Positions 1 to 8,653 of a DNA stretch of 32,000 nucleotides are shown piece after piece. Positions within the stretch are counted from its first letter, which is position 1; each line of letters begins with the position of its first letter. Source of the DNA: Candidatus Saganbacteria bacterium. Its GTDB lineage: Bacteria > Margulisbacteria > WOR-1 > JAKLHX01. The stretch spans positions 150,001-182,000 of the forward strand of contig JAPLKZ010000005.1 in NCBI GenBank assembly GCA_026387835.1, read 5' to 3'. Under the pieces are notes generated by a model that saw only the letters and a list, made by a program, of their open reading frames with translations, did no database searches and was not told the DNA's origin. The position numbers and the translations under genes are program-made.

Positions 1-703
1 CCGCGGCCAAAACAACCTCTTTATCTTTCTTTAAAGAGTCATCAGCAAAATATAATGCCCACCCGTTTTGTTTAACAGCGGCCAAAACAATATTTTTATC
101 TTTCTTTAAAGATTCGTCGGCATATACTAATGCAAGCCCGTTTTCTTTGACCGCGGCCAAAACGATCTCCCTGTCTTTTTTGAAGAGTTCGCCGGCATAT
201 TGCAATCCATTCCCGTATTGTTTAACCGCGGCTAAAACGCTCGCTCTATCTTTCTTTGAAGCCGTATCCGCAGATGGTTTTGCCGCCCGCTCATCTTTTT
301 TGACCGCAGCCGGAACGGCCTCTTTGTCTTTCTTTGGAGCTTCTTCCTTTTTTCCGGTAAGATCAGAAGCTTCTAATTCTAATTGCAGGCTGAACTTGCG
401 CTGTTGTTCAGGGGTCAAAGGAAAGTTGAGGCGGAACCTTAGATCTTTGATATTGCCGTCCAGTTTGCCATCCTCTTTGTCCATAGTCTGAAGTTTCAAA
501 TAGAGTTTTTGAATAACCTCAAAAGACGTAGTTTTGCTTTCATTGAATTGCACGGACGTATCGACTTGTTTCTTTGCAGCCAGGTCCAGTTCCTCCCGGG
601 TTATATTGCCGTCTATTTTCCCGTCCTTTATCGAATCTATCTTCCTCAGCCTCGCATAAACGCTCTCGATATTTACGGTCCCGGTCAATGTTACTTTTTC
701 CAT
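1..703 (-). CDS. DUF4116-like repeat protein with N-terminal EF-hand-like loops, partial (runs off left edge)
   Basis: Minus frame opens at ATG 703 (MEKVTLTGTVNIESVYARLRKIDSIKDGKIDGNITREELD...) and is open to the window edge, with 25-aa units such as DREIVLAAVKENGLALAYADESLKK. SD-like AGGAAGG lies upstream. Confidence 0.85.
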   Translation of the reverse strand, partial: MEKVTLTGTVNIESVYARLRKIDSIKDGKIDGNITREELDLAAKKQVDTSVQFNESKTTSFEVIQKLYLKLQTMDKEDGKLDGNIKDLRFRLNFPLTPEQQRKFSLQLELEASDLTGKKEEAPKKDKEAVPAAVKKDERAAKPSADTASKKDRASVLAAVKQYGNGLQYAGELFKKDREIVLAAVKENGLALVYADESLKKDKNIVLAAVKQNGWALYFADDSLKKDKEVVLAA

Positions 704-754
704 GTTATCCTTCCTTTCTTTTTAAGATAAATATAAATCCTTCATATACTTAGT

Positions 755-1903
755 TCAATGCCTGCCTATTTGTTCGGCTGCAGCAGAAATAACATCTTTA
801 TCATTTTTCAAAGACTCGTCCGCAAATTCTAATGCCCGCCCATTTTGCTTAACCACGGCCAAGATAAACGCTTTATCTTTCTTTAAAGATTCATGGGCAA
901 AATTTAACGCCCACACATCCTGTTTGATCGCCGCCAGAACAATTTCCTTGTCTTCTTTTAAAGACCCATCTGCATATGCCAATGACCGCCCGTTATGTTT
1001 GACCGCTGCCAGAACAACATCCCTGTCTTTTTTTAAAGAGTTGTCAGCAAAGTCTAATGCCCACACATCTTGTCCGATCACAGCCAGAACAAACTCCTTA
1101 TCTTTCTTTAAAGACTTGTCCGCAAACTCTAATGCCCGCCAGTCTAGTTTAGCCGCAGCCAGAACAAACGCTTTATCTTTTTTCAAAGACCCGTCCGCAA
1201 ACTCTAATGCCCGCCCATTTTGCTTAACCACAACCAAGACAAACGCTTTATCTTTTTTCAAAGACCCGTCCGCAAACTCTAATGTCCGCCCATTTTGCTT
1301 AACCGCAGCCAAGACAAACGCTTTATCTTTTTTTAAAGATTCGTCTGCAAATTCCAGTGTCTGGACATCTTGATTAGCCGCAGCCAAAACAACCTTTTTA
1401 TCTTTCTTTAAAGACTCGTCTGCATACATAAATGTCCGCCAATTTTGCTTGACCGCCGCCAAAACAATCTCTTTATCTTTATTTAAAGATCTATCAGTTA
1501 TCAGGAAAGATGTTGAGCCATTCTTAATTGCCGCTAATGCGAGCTCTCTTTGTTTTGTGGAAACAAAAGCTCCCACTTCTAACTGTAGGCTGACTTTACT
1601 TTGTTGTTCAGGAGTTAATGCGGTAACCATGTTAGGTCTCAGCACGTTTATATTGCCATCCAAGTCACCATCCGCTTTATCTAATGCCTGAAGTTTCAAA
1701 TATAGTTTTTGAATAACATCAAAAGACGAAGTTTTGCCCTCGTTGAATTGCACTGACGTATCGATCTGTTTATCTGTGGCCTCGTCCAGCTCCTCGCGTT
1801 CTATATTTCCGTCAATTATTCCGTCCCTTATCGAATCGATCTTTCTCAACCTTTCATAAATATGCTGGATATTATCGGCGCCGGTCAATGTCGCTTTTTC
1901 CAT
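755..1903 (-). CDS. DUF4116-like repeat protein with N-terminal EF-hand-like loops (tandem paralog)
   Basis: ORF with start moved to ATG 1903 (MEKATLTGADNIQHIYERLRKIDSIRDGIIDGN...) because the AGGAAGG leader and MEK start match the paralog. Contains nine full 25-aa repeats of type DKAFVLAAVKQNGRALEFADESLKK plus degenerate end copies. Confidence 0.88.
   Translation of the reverse strand: MEKATLTGADNIQHIYERLRKIDSIRDGIIDGNIEREELDEATDKQIDTSVQFNEGKTSSFDVIQKLYLKLQALDKADGDLDGNINVLRPNMVTALTPEQQSKVSLQLEVGAFVSTKQRELALAAIKNGSTSFLITDRSLNKDKEIVLAAVKQNWRTFMYADESLKKDKKVVLAAANQDVQTLEFADESLKKDKAFVLAAVKQNGRTLEFADGSLKKDKAFVLVVVKQNGRALEFADGSLKKDKAFVLAAAKLDWRALEFADKSLKKDKEFVLAVIGQDVWALDFADNSLKKDRDVVLAAVKHNGRSLAYADGSLKEDKEIVLAAIKQDVWALNFAHESLKKDKAFILAVVKQNGRALEFADESLKNDKDVISAAAEQIGRH
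758..1549 (-). repeat. Tandem 75-bp (25-aa) coding repeats, about 10.5 units
   Basis: Direct reading of the translation; consensus DKxxVLAAVKQNGRALEFADESLKK; the unit length was counted as 75 nt in DNA. Confidence 0.9.
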
Positions 1904-1964
1904 ATTAGCCTTCCTTTCTTTATAGAGAACTTTGATCATTTAGCCTCTTTTGGCCTCAACTATG

Positions 1965-1991
1965 TATCGACAGAATATTTGAAAAATTTCA
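1965..1991 (-). promoter_or_regulatory. Bipartite alternative-sigma-like promoter, TGAAAT-N16-CGATA, for the DUF4116 gene pair
   Basis: Minus strand TGAAATTTTTCAAATATTCTGTCGATA; same spacing as four other elements in the window. Confidence 0.5.
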
Positions 1992-2018
1992 CACTTTATT
2001 AAGGACCCCCAAAAACAC

Positions 2019-2045
2019 TGAAATTTCAGGAAATACCGATCGATA
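2019..2045 (+). promoter_or_regulatory. Bipartite alternative-sigma-like promoter, TGAAAT-N16-CGATA, for the 308-aa gene
   Basis: TGAAATTTCAGGAAATACCGATCGATA, 19 nt before ATG 2065, with a GAGGAG SD between. Confidence 0.55.
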
Positions 2046-2064
2046 CATACAAGAGGAGATAAAC

Positions 2065-2991
2065 ATGTTAAAAACATCTTTGACATATAGACAAATCGGA
2101 AATAGGCTGATCGGACAAACAGTCCTGCCGCGTGCGGGATTCACAACCGTCACGGCAGAGTCGGTCAAGCGTCTCCGGGAAGAGCTTATCTCGGAGTTCA
2201 TAAAAGCCGCGGGAGTTCAGGACCTTACAAAGAACGGTTTCAGGTTTGTCGTGGATTTTCGTCCGCGCATCAGCGATGCAAAAGTGTATCTGTTCGCCGG
2301 GAAAGACACCCCCAATATAAATCCCCAGGACTGGATGATATCCAAGCCGGAAAAATGGGAACCCGCGCCGAAAGGGTCTTTTTACTTCCTTTGTGCTGAG
2401 GCTGCAGCGGAAAGGTCACCGAGGATGAAATACGGCAACAGCTTGCTTTACCCTTCCGAGGGTAGCGAGGTGTTCGGTGTAATGGACGGCGATCCGAAAT
2501 CGGATATCCATTTTCTTATGATGACCCGGAAAAACTTTTCATCCATGCTTGATCCGGGTTTTACCACGGCACACTGGAATACGTATTTTTGGGGGGCGGC
2601 GGAAATCCTGAACAGTATGAAGGCGGGCGAGATGTACCAGAGGATATCGGCAAATTTCGGTCTTGGTTTCCAGACTGCGGCAAGGGTTCACATGCATGTG
2701 CAAGCCTATCCCGGAGAGCCTACTACAGTATTTGTTCCGCCCCTCTTTCCGGAAGATATAGGGCTTGAAGTGAAACCGGGAGGGATCATAGCTGCTCCTG
2801 CAACTTTACCTGGAAACATCCGTTTATATGGCAATCTTATGAAACAGGCATTGCTCAAGTTGATAGATGACCGAAGCAAGGTCAAAGGCTCAGACAGCGG
2901 AAGTAAGGCAGAAAGATCAAGATTAGACCGGAATATCTTTGAGCTGTTAAGAGAGCTTGAAAAGATATCTGTAAAACCAGACGCTAAATAA
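2065..2991 (+). CDS. HIT-like (histidine triad superfamily) protein, uncharacterized
   Basis: 308-aa ORF with SD GAGGAG. Segment FGVMDGDPKSDIHFLMMTRKNF...ISANFGLGFQTAARVHMHVQAYPG resembles the HIT pattern, with RxHxH in place of HxHxH. Confidence 0.55.
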   Translation: MLKTSLTYRQIGNRLIGQTVLPRAGFTTVTAESVKRLREELISEFIKAAGVQDLTKNGFRFVVDFRPRISDAKVYLFAGKDTPNINPQDWMISKPEKWEPAPKGSFYFLCAEAAAERSPRMKYGNSLLYPSEGSEVFGVMDGDPKSDIHFLMMTRKNFSSMLDPGFTTAHWNTYFWGAAEILNSMKAGEMYQRISANFGLGFQTAARVHMHVQAYPGEPTTVFVPPLFPEDIGLEVKPGGIIAAPATLPGNIRLYGNLMKQALLKLIDDRSKVKGSDSGSKAERSRLDRNIFELLRELEKISVKPDAK

Positions 2992-3031
2992 GCGTAATCA
3001 GGCAGTTAGCAAATATAATTGCAGGACTGAT

Positions 3032-3949
3032 TCAAATCGACCGTTTTACGCCTGTCAAGTACCAGTAATATCCGGCAAGACCCACAAGAAAACCAAGAAG
3101 TCTGTTCTTTTTTCGCTTTTCAAGGTCTTTCAGGTACGCGATTATCTTTTCTTTCCCTATCCTTTTTACTATGAACGATAATAGTCCCCTGAAGCCCATA
3201 GGCAGCCAGAAACACTGCGTCGAGATCTTCACGTCCAGTTTGGGGTGCTTCCTGTAATAGATCATTGCGTTCCTGCCCATATTGACCGATTTTATCTTTA
3301 CCCATTCAAGGTCTTTAAGGTCAAAATCCTTCTTGTAATGATATCCGAAAGCTTTCTTGTTGTATTTCTGCTTGACCCCGATCTTTCTTAAGCGGTATCC
3401 GAGCTCCACGTCTTCCCAGCAGAGATCGATAAAATCTTCGTCAAAAAGCCCAGCTTTAAGGAGCAGCGTGGTCTTTATAGAACAGTTCCAAGTTGTAAAA
3501 TATCCGAAAGAAAGATCGCTGTAGCCGCCGGAGTAGCCGTCGTGTTTCTTTCCCAGGTCCTCTAGGCTGGAAGTATTTATCACTCTTCCCTGGACTATAA
3601 TATCGGGATGTTTGATGTGTAAAGACATATGTTCTTCAATAAGGTTCGGATCAGCGATAACATCGTCGTTCAGAAAAAGAATATATTCTCCGAGGGCGCT
3701 TCTTATTCCAAGGTTGTTAGCGGATGCAGGACCTTTTTTGCCGGCGATCTGGCGGATGTACCTGACGGAATGTGCCTTTCCCGTAAAGCTTTCAATGGTG
3801 TCTTTTGTCCCGTCAGTCGAGCCGTCATCAACCACTATGATCTCGAACTTATCCTTCGGGTAGGTCTGTCCCGTCAGGGCTTCCAGGGTCTTTTGAAGTA
3901 TCTTTTCCCTGTTGACCGTGGGGATAACGACCGAGATATCTATTGCCAT
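3032..3949 (-). CDS. Glycosyltransferase family 2 (GT-A fold)
   Basis: MAIDISVVIPTVNREKILQKTLEALTGQ...IIVVDDGSTDGT...FLNDD is the classical GT2 pattern. Confidence 0.92.
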   Translation of the reverse strand: MAIDISVVIPTVNREKILQKTLEALTGQTYPKDKFEIIVVDDGSTDGTKDTIESFTGKAHSVRYIRQIAGKKGPASANNLGIRSALGEYILFLNDDVIADPNLIEEHMSLHIKHPDIIVQGRVINTSSLEDLGKKHDGYSGGYSDLSFGYFTTWNCSIKTTLLLKAGLFDEDFIDLCWEDVELGYRLRKIGVKQKYNKKAFGYHYKKDFDLKDLEWVKIKSVNMGRNAMIYYRKHPKLDVKISTQCFWLPMGFRGLLSFIVKRIGKEKIIAYLKDLEKRKKNRLLGFLVGLAGYYWYLTGVKRSI

Positions 3950-3958
3950 GGCAAAACA

Positions 3959-3967
3959 ATTATAACA
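3959..3967 (-). promoter_or_regulatory. Extended -10 promoter (TGTTATAAT) 9 nt before ATG 3949
   Basis: Minus strand gTGTTATAATtgttttgccATG. Confidence 0.55.
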
Positions 3968-3981
3968 CGCGGCTGTTTTAC

Positions 3982-3990
3982 TGCTAAAAT
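3982..3990 (+). promoter_or_regulatory. Extended -10 promoter (TGCTAAAAT) 11 nt before ATG 4002
   Basis: cTGCTAAAATatagttaaaccATG. Confidence 0.5.
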
Positions 3991-4001
3991 ATAGTTAAAC
4001 C

Positions 4002-4727
4002 ATGCCGAAGATCACTGTAATACTGACTTCATACAATAAACCGGGTCTGGTCAGCCAGGCCATCAGGTCCGTTCTGGACCAGACCTGCAGGGACTTCGAG
4101 CTCATAGTTTGCGACGACAATTCAAATGAACAGACAAAAGCTGACATAAAACCGTTCTTTGCCGATCCCCGCGTGGTCTACCTGCAGTCGGATGTCAAAG
4201 AGGAAGAAAGACGGGAAAAGTGCAGGTACGCGCACATGATAAACAAAGCCCTTGAGATAGCGAAAGGGGAGTACATTTCGTACCTTTGCGACGATGATAT
4301 CTATTATCCCGAGAGGCTTGAGGTCATGGCAAAAGCACTTGATGAAGATCCAAAAAAGAACATCGTTTACGGGAAACAGAAGGTCGTGAGATTGTCCGGC
4401 AGGATCCTGGGTGTCACGACAGGCATCAGGGAGACGGTTGGCGTTACGTTCGAGGCAGGAGGGAATGTTGATCATAACTCGATAATGCACAGGAAATCAT
4501 GTTCGGACAAGGTCGGCGGCTGGGATGAAGGCAGGCAGTGCTGGGACAACGCGGACGAATATTTTTTCAAAAAACTCAACAAGCACTGGCCTTTCTACCC
4601 TATAGAGGAGGTCCTGGACGAGCACCGGTTGCACAAGAACAGCATGCAGTCGATCGTGGCTTATGAAAAGAGACTCAGTTCGAGGTTGTTGAAATGGTTT
4701 ACAGGACTGTTCAGCCAAATACCCTGA
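4002..4727 (+). CDS. Glycosyltransferase family 2
   Basis: MPKITVILTSYNKPGLVSQAIRSVLDQTCRDFELIVCDDNS...SYLCDDDIYYPERL. Confidence 0.92.
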   Translation: MPKITVILTSYNKPGLVSQAIRSVLDQTCRDFELIVCDDNSNEQTKADIKPFFADPRVVYLQSDVKEEERREKCRYAHMINKALEIAKGEYISYLCDDDIYYPERLEVMAKALDEDPKKNIVYGKQKVVRLSGRILGVTTGIRETVGVTFEAGGNVDHNSIMHRKSCSDKVGGWDEGRQCWDNADEYFFKKLNKHWPFYPIEEVLDEHRLHKNSMQSIVAYEKRLSSRLLKWFTGLFSQIP

Positions 4728-5469
4728 TATATTCAGGAATGCTTTTTATCAGAGCGTCTATAATGCCCGCCTTTGCCTTGCGCTGCCTGAACCTTTTATT
4801 GAACACATAAAGTCTTGTGATGATCATCGCCTTTACCCTGATCTTTCCGGTGTTCATATTCCTGTCATGCATGCAGTAATCCGTCAGGGTCTCGTTCAGA
4901 TGGGCGATCTTTAATTTGTCTTTGAACCTTAACCACAGATCCCAGTCCTCTCCGCCGAAACGGATGATCTTATGGTCATCCCACATCCCTGTCTTTTCAA
5001 GAGCCTCTTTCCGGTGCATCATTGTGGATGGCATGGGCACGAAATAAAGGTCTTTTTCGGGCGGTTTTTTCGGGTTTGAAAAATCGGTAATACTCCGGAA
5101 TTTTCCGAACGACATGAATCTCGCATTGCTGTAAACGACATCAACGCAGCTGTTATTGTCAAGAAAATTTGCCAGTGTCTTGACATGGTCCTTGTGAAAA
5201 ATATCGTCGTGGTCGCAATAGGCGATATATCTTCCCTTTGAGGTCTTTATGCCGAGATTCCTGGCACTTGCCTGTCCGCCGTTTTGCTTTTTCAGATAGA
5301 CTATCCTGGGGTCTTTATAATCCAGGATAAAATTTTCGGTGTCATCTGTCGACCCGTCATTAATAATGATCAATTCAAAGTCCCTGTCACTTTGAGACAA
5401 TATCGCATCTATGGAAGGGCGGATATCTTTGCCGCGGTTATATGCGGCCATTATGATCGAAGTTCTCAT
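4711..5469 (-). CDS. Glycosyltransferase family 2
   Basis: MRTSIIMAAYNRGKDIRPSIDAILSQSDRDFELIIINDGSTDDTE...YCDHDD. Confidence 0.92.
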   Translation of the reverse strand: MRTSIIMAAYNRGKDIRPSIDAILSQSDRDFELIIINDGSTDDTENFILDYKDPRIVYLKKQNGGQASARNLGIKTSKGRYIAYCDHDDIFHKDHVKTLANFLDNNSCVDVVYSNARFMSFGKFRSITDFSNPKKPPEKDLYFVPMPSTMMHRKEALEKTGMWDDHKIIRFGGEDWDLWLRFKDKLKIAHLNETLTDYCMHDRNMNTGKIRVKAMIITRLYVFNKRFRQRKAKAGIIDALIKSIPEYIRVFG

Positions 5470-5478
5470 TGTTTTAGC

Positions 5479-6396
5479 TTAGCTGTCCCTGAATATTTCC
5501 TCAAAGATCTCCGGTAATCCCGGATATTTATTCTTTAATCCGAAATCCGACGGTGTAACGGTCTTATATTCCTGGTGGTATGCCTTAAGGCAGTATTTGT
5601 CCCATTCCCCGAGTTTTTTATCAAAGACCCTCGCGATAAGGTCGGCAGTCCCTTTTGAAAGACTCATTTGGAAACGGACAGGTATCTTGAAATACAGGCA
5701 AAGCGATCTTATCAGGTCACCGGCGGTTATTGCAATGTTACCGACAGTGAACTCTTTACTTCCGGTATCGTTCTTTAACAGATAAGCGGTTATCAGGGCG
5801 ATGTCCGCAGCATGGATGTAGTGGAACCTCAGGTCAGACGAGAAAAACCTTATAAGCCACAGCCATTTTTTTGCCTGCCTTAATGCAGTTGCAGCATGCG
5901 AATACGGATGGTCCTTGTCGCCGCCAAGTACCCAGGTGAGAAAAAGAGTATCGGTGCGGCCGGCTAAGGGTGAAGCTTTCAGGTGCTCATATAGTTTATA
6001 TTTTCCTTTTATGTACTCCGTTCCGCATGATAATACTTGCGGATCAGGCCTGTTGTTCTTATCGAGTATGCTGGCCGTGGAAAAATAGATGACCTTTTTA
6101 CAACGCGACGGATCAAGGTTCTCGAAAAGATCTATTGTAGATTCAAAATTGCCTGTTTGCGTACCCCAGTCCGCAAGAAGATGTATGCACGCATCCATTT
6201 CTTTCAGAAGGGATGAATATTTTTTGATATTCTTAAAATCATCATGTATGAGCTCAATGTTTGAAAGGTCAAACTTCGCTTTTTTAGGGTCCCTGATCAT
6301 CAGGTGGAGTCTGTAGCCGTCATCTTTTCTCAGTTCATCTATCAGATAATGTCCGACGCTTCCTGCCGCACCGGTGATGAAAACATTTTTTTTCAC
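5479..6396 (-). CDS. NAD(P)-dependent epimerase/dehydratase (extended SDR-like)
   Basis: N-terminal Rossmann motif MKKNVFITGAAGSVGHYLIDEL; overall length and organisation fit nucleotide-sugar epimerases. Confidence 0.8.
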   Translation of the reverse strand: MKKNVFITGAAGSVGHYLIDELRKDDGYRLHLMIRDPKKAKFDLSNIELIHDDFKNIKKYSSLLKEMDACIHLLADWGTQTGNFESTIDLFENLDPSRCKKVIYFSTASILDKNNRPDPQVLSCGTEYIKGKYKLYEHLKASPLAGRTDTLFLTWVLGGDKDHPYSHAATALRQAKKWLWLIRFFSSDLRFHYIHAADIALITAYLLKNDTGSKEFTVGNIAITAGDLIRSLCLYFKIPVRFQMSLSKGTADLIARVFDKKLGEWDKYCLKAYHQEYKTVTPSDFGLKNKYPGLPEIFEEIFRDS

Positions 6397-7535
6397 TTAA
6401 GCATTTCCTTGAATTTTGCCGTCCATTCTTTTGCGATCAGCGACCATGAATAATTCTCCCTGATGAATCTGACTGCCGCACAGCTCATTTTATTATATCT
6501 TCCCGGGTCTTTGAGAAGGGCTATAGTATCTGCAGCAAATCTTTCTTTGTACTCTTTGCTGAACGGGTCTCCGTCTATAAGGATGCCGGTTTCCCCGTTC
6601 CTGATGCTTTCCGGCATCGCACCCCGGTTCGACGTGATAACCGGACATCCGGCAGCCTGCGCTTCAAGCGCGGCTATGCAGCTGGTCTCGGCATAAAAGG
6701 CCGCGTGCGGCACTGCATGGCTGGGATACAAAAACAATCCCGACTTTTGAAGTTCCCCTGCAAGGTCGGAGTGTTTTCTTGTGCCTTCAAGATAGACCCT
6801 GTCCTGTTTTGTCTTTTCATATATTGTCTCTGCGACTATCCGGTCTTTTTCCTTCAGAACGCCAAGATCAAACCCGCAATAGATGTGAAGCGCCGCCTGT
6901 GGAACTTCACGTCTGATGAGCGGGAAGATATCGAGCAGCACGTCCAGTCCTCTCGCGGGCACGCTGGTGTAGACTAAACGATAAGGATTTTTCCTTGTGT
7001 CATTACCGTCAAAATACGGAAGATACGCGCCGTTCTTCGTGACGAATATCTTTTCTTTCCTGATGCCGAGCTTTTCCCCGCAGATCTTGCCGAGCCAGCC
7101 GCTGACAACAAAGAGACAATCACAGTACCTGTTCACAAGGGCCCCCGCTAACTTCAAAAACCCGGCCCCTAAATATTTTTTAAAACCCTTATAATTCCAG
7201 ACATTTGAAAAATCATCATGCCCCCACCAGATCCTTTTCTTTGCTTTAACGGGGAAGATAAAAGCGGGGAGGTCCCTGAAAGAAATGAAGATGTCGAAAT
7301 CCTTCTGTCTTGATATCTTTACGATCTCTGAAAGAGAATTGAACTGCCTGTAGTCCACGCCCTCATATATGCCTGCTTCTTTTCCGCAATTGTTAAAGAT
7401 GATTATTTCGTGGCCGAGACGGGCGAGTTCCCTTGTAAGGTAAAAGAGAGCTGATTCGCTGCCGCCGACAGGCCGTTCGAACACAGTATTCCCCGAGAAC
7501 GAGGTCGTCATCCTGGCCAGGATAAGGATCTTCAT
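6393..7535 (-). CDS. Glycosyltransferase family 4 / group 1
   Basis: GT-B type N-terminus MKILILARMTTSFSG...GGSESALFYLTRELARLGHE and C-terminal ETSCIAALEAQAAGCPVITSNRGAMPESI. Confidence 0.88.
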   Translation of the reverse strand: MKILILARMTTSFSGNTVFERPVGGSESALFYLTRELARLGHEIIIFNNCGKEAGIYEGVDYRQFNSLSEIVKISRQKDFDIFISFRDLPAFIFPVKAKKRIWWGHDDFSNVWNYKGFKKYLGAGFLKLAGALVNRYCDCLFVVSGWLGKICGEKLGIRKEKIFVTKNGAYLPYFDGNDTRKNPYRLVYTSVPARGLDVLLDIFPLIRREVPQAALHIYCGFDLGVLKEKDRIVAETIYEKTKQDRVYLEGTRKHSDLAGELQKSGLFLYPSHAVPHAAFYAETSCIAALEAQAAGCPVITSNRGAMPESIRNGETGILIDGDPFSKEYKERFAADTIALLKDPGRYNKMSCAAVRFIRENYSWSLIAKEWTAKFKEMLK

Positions 7536-8653
7536 CGCATCGCGGCCTTTCTGTAGAGTTCAAGCGTGTCGGACGCCATCTTCTTCGCGGAGAACAGTTT
7601 TGCCCTTGCAAGTCCTTTTTGTGACAACGCAAGCCTCCGTTCTTTGTTTGAAAGCAGGCCCCTGATCGCGTCCGCTATCCCGTCTATATTATACGGGTTA
7701 ACGAGGACCGCCGCATCACCGGCGACCTCAGGCATCGAAGAAGCATCCGATGTTATTACCGGTGTTCCGCAGGACATGGCTTCAAGGACCGGAAGTCCGA
7801 AACCTTCATAGAGAGAAGGCCAGACAAGCAGCTGCGCGCCGCTGTATAGCGCGGGGAGCTCTTTTTTCGGGACGTACCCGAGATATTTTACGGTGCCGGA
7901 CAGTTCAAGCCTTTTTATTTTATCGTTCAGGTCCTCTTTGAGCCATCTCTTGTCTCCCGCGATCACCAAGTCAGGAGGCGATTCATATTTAAGCTGGGAA
8001 TAAGCTTCAAGCACTCCCGAGATGTTCTTCCTTTCCTCTACCGGCCCCACAAAAAGGATGTAAGGCCTTTTTAAGCCGTATCTTGCCTTGACTAAACCGG
8101 TACGGTAGACCGTCTGCGGTACAAATTCATCGCCGATACCTTCATATATCACATTTATCTTCCCGGCATCCAGGGTAAAAAACTTAAGGACCTCTCTCTT
8201 CACAAAATCCGAAGGTACGATGACGGTGCCGGTGTTTTTCAGGACCTTTGCAAGGCGGTCTCTAAAAAAAACAGACCTGTCTTCGGGGTATAGTTCAGGC
8301 CTGGCTATCGAAGAGATATCGTGGACAGTGACGATATGGCTGCGGTCAGGTTCAGGCGTCGTAAGGGCAAAGCAGGCATCGTGGTAGACATCGATCCTCT
8401 GTCTTGCCGCGGACGAAAAAATACCGGGATTGACCAGGTTATGCTGTTTGAAATCGATACGGTTCTTCTTGAACAGGGGGACGGCAGAGCTCAGGACCAG
8501 GAATCTGTCTTTTTTTTCGACGACGCAAAGATATTTGATGAGATTGTAAGTATACGCCGATATGCCGTCGGCGTGCCCGAAAAGGCAGTTCCCCTCGATA
8601 CCGATGTTGAGCCGCTTATTACTTTGCATCCGGATAATATTTTTCCCTGTCAA
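7532..8653 (-). CDS. Glycosyltransferase family 4 / group 1
   Basis: PYILFVGPVEERKNISGVLEAY...LLVWPSLYEGFGLPVLEAMSCGTPVITSDASSMPEVAGDAAVLVNP. Start may be 8629. Confidence 0.92.
   Translation of the reverse strand: MTGKNIIRMQSNKRLNIGIEGNCLFGHADGISAYTYNLIKYLCVVEKKDRFLVLSSAVPLFKKNRIDFKQHNLVNPGIFSSAARQRIDVYHDACFALTTPEPDRSHIVTVHDISSIARPELYPEDRSVFFRDRLAKVLKNTGTVIVPSDFVKREVLKFFTLDAGKINVIYEGIGDEFVPQTVYRTGLVKARYGLKRPYILFVGPVEERKNISGVLEAYSQLKYESPPDLVIAGDKRWLKEDLNDKIKRLELSGTVKYLGYVPKKELPALYSGAQLLVWPSLYEGFGLPVLEAMSCGTPVITSDASSMPEVAGDAAVLVNPYNIDGIADAIRGLLSNKERRLALSQKGLARAKLFSAKKMASDTLELYRKAAMR

Noticed and set aside
758-1549. CRISPR-like periodic array
   Set aside because: The 75-bp periodicity has no repeat/spacer division; units are diverged coding repeats in a continuous frame.
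147-1691. Plus-strand ORFs 147..491, 924..1373, 1449..1691 with repetitive TNALSFFKDPSANSNARP-like protein
   Set aside because: They are antisense shadows of the 25-aa repeats of the minus-strand DUF4116-like genes; the minus frames have SDs and coherent domain structure.
2018-2029. Palindrome CTGAAATTTCAG (also at 30222-30233) as a stand-alone operator
   Set aside because: Only two of the five promoter copies are palindromic; the shared invariant part is TGAAAT with CGAT at fixed spacing, so the palindrome is probably incidental or a minor feature.
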